Positions 55,442-64,000 of a stretch of 64,000 nucleotides of DNA are shown here, piece by piece. Position 1 is the first letter of the stretch; each line of letters begins with the position of its first letter. Source of the DNA: Piedraia hortae CBS 480.64. Its lineage: Eukaryota. The stretch spans positions 20,217-84,216 of the forward strand of contig MU005963.1 of the NCBI GenBank assembly GCA_010093745.1. The letters run 5' to 3'. The notes under the pieces are model-generated. The model saw only the letters and a list, made by a program, of their open reading frames with translations, was not told where the DNA came from and did no database searches. The translations under genes were made by a program, and so were the position numbers.

Positions 55442-56582
55442 TGAGGTAAGGATGATAGAAAAAGCCAAAAAAAAAAAAAAAATAAGAATAAATAAAAATA
55501 AATGATAAAGTAGAGTGGGTATTATTATCCGTTACCTCGCGAGTCCTGGTTTTCACCTTGTCCGCTTTCTTTCGTGGGTGTTGTGGTTGACTAAACCCCA
55601 GAGATGCATTTCTAGAGGGTGTAAAGACGTGGTTGGTTCCGGAATTTGTTATATGGATTAATTGTAATAAAGATGAGCGGCACCTCTTAGGTGTGTCGGT
55701 GTACACGCGTATCCAGAACTACGAGAAGGACTAACAAAGACCTGAACCTTGATCAGGGGTGTCGATCTGCACAACAATACTTAGACTTACGAGTTTGAAC
55801 GTTGTAGCTCTCGCTCTTGTACGTAATGTCTCAGTTCGAATCGAGAGTGCCGGTTGAAGCGATGAGCAGCAGCTCAAACAATTCTCCTAGGAGCTTCATG
55901 GTGTGAATCATCTAATTTCATGCTAGAGTAACGAGGTAAATCGTCCTGACTTCTTTCTCGGATGAAAAGCATATCAAGATTTTGTCTGGAGCCTGTCAAA
56001 CGTCGGTATAATGTCAACCGTTTCCCAACGCACGTGAAACCCAGCCTCATCCTTGATTTACCTTAACCATCACCAAATGGGCCTATCCCAAATAACAGTA
56101 TTGCCGAAAAGATGGGACAAGCAATGATGTGTAAAGCTCTTGTATGTGAATGTCTATGGTGAGATAAGGTGAGGTGAGATGAAGTGCGGAGCGTCAACGC
56201 ACACGCTAACTGTGGTCTAGCCGCATTCCCTGAGACCACGTGACCGAGCACGCACAGAGCATGAACAGGATCGGGCGTCGCCTCAAAGAAAACCTCCTCA
56301 TTCAAGGTAAACCTCCTGAGAATCCTCAACCTCTAAGGTACTCCAACAGGATGACCCGTAATCTTCGGCCCATACCAAGCTTGGCACACATACTATAGAT
56401 ACATGGCTGCAGAACGAACCCTTACGACGGCTGTAACGGCCACTAGTCTACTGAACCCATGAAGCAACTTACCCCTCCAGCACGCTATGAATATGTGCCA
56501 GCTCCTCCACATCAATAAGCAGTTGCCAAGCCATGCGCTGGCCCGGCGTGCTTGCATGCGAGTAATCGCACGACATGGCGCT

Positions 56583-56725
56583 TGTTGGCATGAAGTCTCG
56601 TTGCTATCAGTGTACGATGCCACTGCGCGACACCTCTTACACCAGCAGCTGCACCCTAGGTTTTGTCCTCACAGAGGTTTCCCTCAGGGTCATGTCGCAT
56701 GCGACATGGTGAATGCGCCCTGCTA
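56583..56725 (-). mobile_element. LTR family B, copy 3 (3' 143 bp)
   Basis: Reverse complement matches 18613-18755 at 135/143 positions without gaps. Confidence 0.9.
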
Positions 56726-56949
56726 CTGTTTGAGGTGAGTCATGGAGTAAGTCTGCATGCTGACAGTCTTACTGCATGTATAACCACTTGCTTACGGTCA
56801 TCCAATTGATGACTCTTCATACGAGGCTACGCACGGGCCTTCCAGCCCAGAATATATTCTCTGATGTTCCCTCGAAGACATGTATTCACTCATAAAATAC
56901 ATCTTTACTTTCCATCCATCGTTCTCACTCGTACATACTATCTGTCTTT

Positions 56950-57324
56950 TCACCCCACGCACTCACAGCCTCGCCATAACAGATCGTGCATAACGAAACT
57001 CTTCGGGTTTTCCCTCTTGGGCACGTGTTTGCAGTGAGCTGCCAGTAAGCGTTGCATGTCACACATGGTGCAGGTATATGGCTTGCTGCCGCATGTCTTG
57101 TGTATATTGCCTAGGTAATGATACATTCCCAGCATAAGGACCAGCGCGGCATACGTGGCATCGCGATAGCTCAGGAAACGCTCGGTGTAGATGCCAAATG
57201 TTTGAGCTTGCTTGAACTCCCTGGGCCAATCATGCTCATCCGGATAGTCGCAGAAGCCGGCAAAATTAAGATCCCCGAAGGTTGTGTTGATATCCATGGT
57301 TCCGCGTTCGATGCACGAATTCAA
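56950..57324 (-). pseudogene. USP (C19 peptidase)-like N-terminal fragment
   Basis: GIYTERFLSYRDATYAAL...YLGNIHKTCGSKPYTCTMCDMQRLL resembles the Cys-box region and matches HKRCSKQPYRCTTCAMQALM in the 60.7 kb relic. Confidence 0.5.
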
Positions 57325-59659
57325 AGCTGTATCAGAGTTTGAACGAAGTCTTTTCGTCCCTTGACCTGATACTTCTTGGTCTCGCGTTTCTCATTGGAGA
57401 CATTATGAGTTGTAAGTACCCGCAAGGGGACTATTGGCATGTACCAATGTCGCGTTCGCGCGAAACGTAGTTTCCCGCATCGTCGATGGTTGCCTCGAGG
57501 CAAGAAGGCATGTTTATGGACCCGTGACCCATAACCGAGAAAGATAGAGTGTGGTCATTTGTTCATGTATATATACGCTTGTGTGGGTGTGTGTGTGAGA
57601 GAGACCAGGATCAAGCAGAAATATGGACCCAAAAGACCCACATTGGGCCGGACCGGGCCGCTCTTGGAGCGCGAATATGCGGGCTTGGCAACGTTATCGA
57701 CAAGAATCTTCCAGATCCACTTGTGCTATTGAGCTCTATGGAGAGCTGAAGGGATGTATGCGGACAAAAGGGCGGCGAGGCGATTGGAAAAATGGTGTGA
57801 TTAACAGCCCCAAACTGCTGTTCAGGGGAAGGGCTCCCTTTAAGTCCCAGCAAGCCCTTGTCTGAAGCTTGATTACTTGGACAGAACAACAACTGGAAAC
57901 CAAACTCAACACAAAGCATCCAAGAATGCCAAGAATGCCACGCATTGCCAAGCACACAAGCAGCCAAACAGACAACCCGCGTCACAAACACAGATAAGTG
58001 ACAAATGATACTTGAAAACAAAGTCGCATCACATAAGCAAGTCAGAAACCTCCAGCAAGTTTAGAAACCAGACATCTTGTGCCAGGGTACCTTATAACCT
58101 TCAGCAAATTTCACTTCAAGTATGGGCAAACTCGGTCCTGCCCATTTGAGGAGCAAAGCGGCCGGTCGCGGAAATAAGTTGGCTACCTCTTCTCGATATG
58201 AATAAATATGCTTCTGCAAGATTTTTGAACCCATTCTACTTATAGACTCGCATGTATTGCTTCCTCTGTTCATTATTGTCAGCTCTAAACGAAACCATTC
58301 AGAAACGGCCGGACGTGACAACACCTCTCCAACCTCGTAGCTGAACGCGCTAACACAATAGCATTAGCATCACTTCGAAATCATTGTCATCTTCAAATGA
58401 GTGAAGAGCACATTGAGTATTGCTTTTTTCCACTTGCAAGAGACTCGACTAGGTTCCCCATGAACACCACAGTAGGAGGTTTTCATGGTTCCTTAGTTCC
58501 TGCAGGGTCTTGCATCATGAAAAGCGTAGCGGCCTCAGGTAGTTTTCAGCTTTGATGATATGCTGGAGCTCGTACGATCAGGCTCTACATCATGTCTTCT
58601 GAGGAAATACTTGCAGATAGCACACAAAGCGACAGAGGTAGTTTTGATGGCATTGTATTGCCCTACAATTGTAATTTTACGAGATCAGGGAACTGTCTGC
58701 GCCTCTTAACCTGTATTGGCCAAGTCCACAGGGGATGTCACTCGACAACATCCAACACGGCCCGCTATTGTATCGCGATGTTGCTAGGATGATGTAAGTG
58801 GCTGAGCCTCAGCTCGCGTCACCCGCCGCTGTGTCTCCTCTAAGCCATGTCCAGTCCAATATCAACGGACCAAGGCCGGCAGTTCCCTTCTTGTCAAGAT
58901 TTTTATTCGTGCCATCAGCCACTTTCAGACTGGCATCGCCACCCATATGGCTCCCACTGACGCGTCCACACAGTGGGAAAATCGCGATGATCAGAAGAGA
59001 GAACCCAGAGTAGGACAGCCTTCCGTTCTTCCTTTCGGGGGTGGGACCAGCCGTCATCATCCGGACCATCAGTCTAAGATGATCGCAGCGATTCCCCCAA
59101 AAGATCTGCGACTGACAAAAAGACGCAATTTGTGTCTGGCTGGGTGGGCAGGTAATTCTGGATAATGCGTGGTGGGGCCGCTCCACGTCATCTTTGCAAG
59201 CCTGCACAGCAAGTTGTTGCGAGACTTTCACAACAACCACTTCTTCTCAGGCCTGGTGATGGATGGCTATAGTACGAACATACAAGAGAATTGAGATGAC
59301 GGAAGTGGATTGTAGCAGCTTCCGGACGTCCTCGACGTACAATGGGGGTTAGGGGCGTTCCATTCCATTATCCCCTATCGACGCGAAAGGGTGAATAGCA
59401 GAAAAGGCGAACCATCCACAAGCAAGCTGATTGGTTTATGTACAAGATATGAGAAAGTTTATGTACCGGGCAATCGCTCCTAAAATCCACACAGAACTCT
59501 TTGTATAGTTGAACGTGAGTAGTAAGTTGGAGTGTCCGCGCTTTCGGGAACTTAAATCAGGGAAAAAAACATGGTTGTTGTGGTAGAGAAATTGAGTGCG
59601 GGTTGCCGTCCATAGGTATATCCTTCAACGTGATGCACTCCGGTAGGGTGTCCTCCAAG

Positions 59660-60821
59660 GAGACCATGAGAGATGACTATCATGAGCGGGTACCAACTCA
59701 TGAACGAAACGAACCAAACTAGGCAAGGTGCTCTCCCTCAGATCCAGCATAAGATCGCATATTATCGTGAGCTAGCATCCAAAGTAAGGCGTAGTAAATC
59801 TTGGTCTGCTCTATTTGGAACTTTGGGTACCAGACAAGGACCGAAGGGGCATCGACCACATGCGTGACCGTGCCCATTTGCGGGCAAGGGGACTCCACGT
59901 GCACCTCTTCGCCCCCCACCACGCGAGTTAGGGCAAGATACTCCTGGAACCGCAGCTTTTCTGTGACATTCTGGCCACCAAGCAGCGCTGGCATTATGTT
60001 CATAGCAAGCACCTCTGATGCGTGCGTTATGACTGTCCGTCTCACGTGGCCCTTGCTTTCGATGTTTCCGGCCTTGATGTCGGTGAAGTTGCCTGTCTCG
60101 TTGCAATGGTCTGTGGCTTTGAATTCCGCTATATGGCACCGAATCCGATCTTTCTGTGAGATAGCGGAACAAGCGAGGAAGGTGCGAAGAGCATGTGTGT
60201 TGCGTATACGTGTGGTGGGCTAAGAAGAGGCTTGCCCTTCTGCACCACGGACCAGGCCACACACATGGGGACTTAACCGGCGACCGCGCTGTATGCTGCA
60301 TGAGAGGGTCTACCGTTCCACTTCTTGTCACGCATTTGTTTCGAAAGGATCGCGGACAGTCATCTGTCTGGGGAAATGTAGATTCCGAGGGTCAGGCAGA
60401 TGTCGATGGGAATTTCTTTCTTCGATCTTTCGTTGTCGCAGTGCTCGATTTTTTACGTTGCGAAAAACGTGTAGTCGAAGATGGCATACATGTTGATTTT
60501 CCCGGTGACGATTTCTTGCTCGCGGAGGCGGTTCACCAAGCTGACTGCTAATTCGTGGCTGTCAGATTGAATTTCGATGAAGAAGTCATCTTGCAAGCTC
60601 TCGCTATCGGGGCACTCGAAGGTGATGGCCCCGCGCAGGACATAGAGGGCTTTGCATGCTGATTCGGGGTTTTTGTTGCTCCAGTATACCGTCATCAATG
60701 CCTGCATGGCGCATGTTGTGCATCTGTAGGGCTGTTTAGAGCAGCGCTTGTGCAAAGTGCAATCCGCTACGAGGCTCATGTCGGCGCGTGAGAGGCTTGT
60801 TCTCATTGTCATCAAACCCAA
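59660..60821 (-). pseudogene. Ubiquitin-specific protease (USP/C19)-like pseudogene
   Basis: Colinear degenerate motifs: HxxC...CxxC, QSDSHEL (QQDAHEF-like), fingers region with stops, ITHASEVLAMNI...VTEKLRFQEYLAL, and YALLWMLAH...GEHLA* (His-box-like). Confidence 0.65.
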
Positions 60822-62898
60822 GACTCATCTGCTGTGCGAGACTCATCATCACGCGATATATTATGGCCGGAGTGTTCACGGGTTGGTCTCTCACTGCCGC
60901 AGATAGAGCCTGACGAATGAAGCACGGGAGGGCAGAGCCGAACACGCGTCTGAAGTCGTGGAGCCTTTAAGTGTGAAAGCAGTACGTTATCGCTGGCCAT
61001 GGCCCGCAACCTGCCATGCCCTTTGATATCTCGTGTGAGGGCATCTGCAGGTCGGCTTTCCGGTGAGTGGGTGGTGAGGCAATCCTGACAGTTACTGCAG
61101 CAAGAGAAAGGGTTCTTCTGCCATCTTCTCTCTCAGTGGACGAGGGCATCATTTAGGTGCTCCATAGCTTGGTCTTGCCTGTCGCATTCCCGGAGTAACA
61201 TTGGGATTCGTGATGCTTCCATCCTGAGACGCAATCTCGTACATTTATATCACGGCAGCAGCGCACTTGCGTAACAATGTCCACTCTGACTTGATCTGCT
61301 CTCAAGACTGCATTGCTGCGTCGTCTTGCTTCACAATCGCAGGATGTTGCAAATCTGCAGGGGAGTCATCAGTGACGTGAGGTCCCATATCCAACTTTTT
61401 CTTTGCCGAGGCGGGCCCATGCCAGGGGAGAGCGCATGGCACCAAGATAACCACCTTCGTAGAAGGCGTCTCTTCTCTCGTAGATCTGCACTGCTACGAA
61501 TGTAGTGTTCCCCACGCTTGATACTCCCGGTCCTCGGTTCCCGGTGGGAGTCAGGAGCTGAATAGAAGTTTGAACGCAAGTTCTTCGTCTCTTGACCCGA
61601 TACCTTTCGCGACAGTCTACGAGCTACAACTGCTCGCTGTAAACCGTCAAATGCGGTTCGCGCTGCTTGACAAATTACTTGAATAATTTTGTTAATAGTG
61701 CGACGCGACAGTCTTGTCATCGCGGGGCCTTATCGCGGGGCCTCATGACATGGAGGTGGAGGAACCCTTTTGCACGATCCTTCTCAAAGATTGAATGCCC
61801 GTGAGCATTGCATGTATCTCTTGGCGACCCAGGCGAAAACTACTGTGCGCGCCCAGCGGCCACGTTTTCCGGCATCAGCCCGAATGTACCTTGCGATCCT
61901 GTGCACCTTGCCTCACTCGCACCCACATTCTAGACGCGAAACATTGGGGAAAGGAGGGGGGGAGGGGGGGTTGGTATATATATATGTATATCCGTGTCTG
62001 GAAGAAATTCAAGGGCCGAGAAAAAGAAGCCAAGAGGATCCACTTCGGCTCGGACCTCGCCTGATGATGTAACACGCGGATGTGGCAACGTCATGGTCAA
62101 AAATTGTCTGCAGGCCTATGGATTCTGGCACATGCCCTTTTGTACAATGTCATGTCAATGTACATCGAGATAAGGTGCGAGAGACCGGTCTGGTTGAGGT
62201 TTAGCGACGCAGTGCATTCTTGGCAAATATGGCTCGGCCAACTATGGGAAAAAGTGGGTGTCCAGCCCCACGATAAGGCTTCTCGCTTATGCATGCGATT
62301 TTATCCTTGAATAGTCGAATGCACTATATTGGAGGAATGATGCAATGAGGTTCGTCAGAATGGATAACTGAGCGCTGCCTAGAAATTCGAAGTTTTGTTA
62401 AGCGTAACGAAGCTTCTAAAGCGAACCTGTACAGTCCGACAGCGGCAATGAGTTTATACTTCGAAAAACAGTCACACAAACTTGTGGATGAAGGTGTTCT
62501 CGAGCAATGGAAGCGTTTGAGCAAGCCTGCATGAATATCTGCCGGATGAACAACTAGATTTTCTAGGGCGTATGTTCATTGGACAATCATTCAGTATGCA
62601 GCAAGCAAGTGCAACCTCACAACGATCGATTCTCGAGTTCTTTATTTACTAGGAGCGTTGTTGCATGCTCAGACCATCAAAGGCTTTGTTTACTACGACA
62701 ATAGCTCTATGTGCAGTTGCGGTCATCAATGTGTTTGAGTCAATTGTCCATGGAGAGCTCTCTTCTGATCTATTGTCATGATTCCCGACACCCAGACAAG
62801 TCTATTGTTCTCACGACACTGTGGAGATCGGGTTTAAAGACGTCCGCTTTCCCTTCCTTTCCCAAGATCAACCAATGCACTGCACTCGAAACCTCAAC

Positions 62899-63885
62899 AT
62901 GTACGCCAGCCGTCAAACTCGCGTTAAGGACAAGTACAAGGTCATCCGCAAATATGGCCCCACTGGAGGGGGCCAAGCCAGTCTAGCCAAGAACTGCGTA
63001 AACAGCCGGCTAGTTGTCATCAAAGAGATTGCTCCTTTTCCAGATGATCAACGTTACCGTCGGCAGCCCTTCGAGGTCAAGGTTCTGGACAGGGTTTTGC
63101 GAATGCATCCCAACATCATCCTTCTCAAGGAGTTCTGGGAGGCTGGGCCTCCTCGACACACTATTTACCACGCGGTTTTCGAGTGTTGTACAGGTGGAGA
63201 CCTTGACGATTTCATTAACCACTGGATCAAGAAGCGTGCCAAGTGGGTACCTAGCCTATTTGTCAAGCATTACGTCGCGGAGATGGCCAGCGCTTTGGGC
63301 TACCTTCACAATGGAATCATGGATATTCAGCATCCCGAAAAGATTGTTGCCAACCATAGCCGGATTATCCACTGCGATATCAAGCCCGGCAACATCTTTA
63401 TGCGTTGGGACATCCCAGACCGGGACGGCCTTCCGATCCTTGCTCTGGGAGATTTTGGACTGGCTTGCTTTGAGCGTGACAGTGTCTCCTACGGCGGGAC
63501 GCCGGGATACTTTCCACCAGAGTGCAAACTGGCGGACAAGATGCCCGCCGCACGAGCAGCGAAGACCACATTTCTCTCGAGCCGTTCAGACATGTACTGC
63601 TTCGGTGGCGTGCTATGGAGCATCATCACGACCAATCGGTTTGACAACAGAATCGTCACCTACACCCCCCCAAGTATGCTAAAGTACATTGCTGACTGCA
63701 CAATTGCTCAAGACGCCGGCGTGATGCGTCTCCTGACGGATTCTTTGCGGGACGACCCTAGAAGGCGGCCTTCCACCTCGGAGCTAGTGCGTATCGGGGC
63801 CAGGCTGCAGAGAAAAGTCAGGGTCATGACACGCGAGGTTGGACTGCGGATGCCGCCTGGCTCGTATCCGAAGGATATCTTGTGA
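62899..63885 (+). CDS. Ser/Thr protein kinase, divergent family
   Basis: VVIK, HPNII, ECCTGGDL, IIHCDIKPGNI, LGDFG, GTPGYFPPE, SDMYCFG, DPRRRPS. An alternative ATG lies at 62875. Confidence 0.9.
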   Translation: MYASRQTRVKDKYKVIRKYGPTGGGQASLAKNCVNSRLVVIKEIAPFPDDQRYRRQPFEVKVLDRVLRMHPNIILLKEFWEAGPPRHTIYHAVFECCTGGDLDDFINHWIKKRAKWVPSLFVKHYVAEMASALGYLHNGIMDIQHPEKIVANHSRIIHCDIKPGNIFMRWDIPDRDGLPILALGDFGLACFERDSVSYGGTPGYFPPECKLADKMPAARAAKTTFLSSRSDMYCFGGVLWSIITTNRFDNRIVTYTPPSMLKYIADCTIAQDAGVMRLLTDSLRDDPRRRPSTSELVRIGARLQRKVRVMTREVGLRMPPGSYPKDIL

Positions 63886-64000
63886 GCAAATTCTGGATTT
63901 ACTAGATACAAAATGTACCCAGAGGCTTCATTTGTACCGTTGTCTTTGTTCTCACTCGTCTTCCCTCTTCTCCTCGTGTACCTATTCGCCTGTTCGCTTG

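Noticed and set aside
54545..55468. 307-aa minus-strand ORF
   Set aside because: Shadow of the 515-aa plus-strand ORF, with a non-ATG start.
57511..57693. Possible further LTR fragment (TATATA, GT repeats, GGACCGGGCC shared with 39601)
   Set aside because: Shared motif too short and no TG...CA ends could be defined.
1..64000. CRISPR arrays, rRNA genes, telomeric arrays, intact transposase or reverse transcriptase, secondary-metabolite cluster
   Set aside because: None seen: no spaced direct-repeat array, rRNA signature, (TTAGGG)n run, RT/DDE motif or PKS/NRPS backbone gene.

Overview
Eukaryotic DNA from a filamentous ascomycete with a compact, intron-poor genome; a Dothideomycete-like fungus is my inference from the gene set. 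Dense blocks of conserved housekeeping genes (0.7-14.2, 19.9-39.0, 44.6-51.5 kb) encode a PPR protein, histidine phosphatase, arylsulfotransferase, Spt20, Scs7, Sdo1, WDR8, LMW-PTP, phospholipase D, Mrm1, a hydrolase, GH2 beta-mannosidase, a GPI wall protein, Atp12, a Zn2Cys6 factor, a DUF1989 protein, Lhs1, an intron-containing tRNA-Met and Osh1. They alternate with gene-poor accessory tracts (14.2-19.8, 39-44.5, 51.5-62.8 kb) holding solo or nested LTRs of at least three families and decayed genes: a kinase, USP-like proteases and a small secreted protein. The most notable signals are a self-priming (Tf1/sushi-type) LTR-PBS relic, a long structured last intron in the PLD gene, recurrent abrupt C-rich to G-rich strand-skew switches inside genes, a 35-nt double-hairpin motif repeated 36 kb apart, and turnover of lineage-specific kinase and USP families. 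I found no clear wholly new multi-gene system. All alignments were done by eye and no database searches were run.
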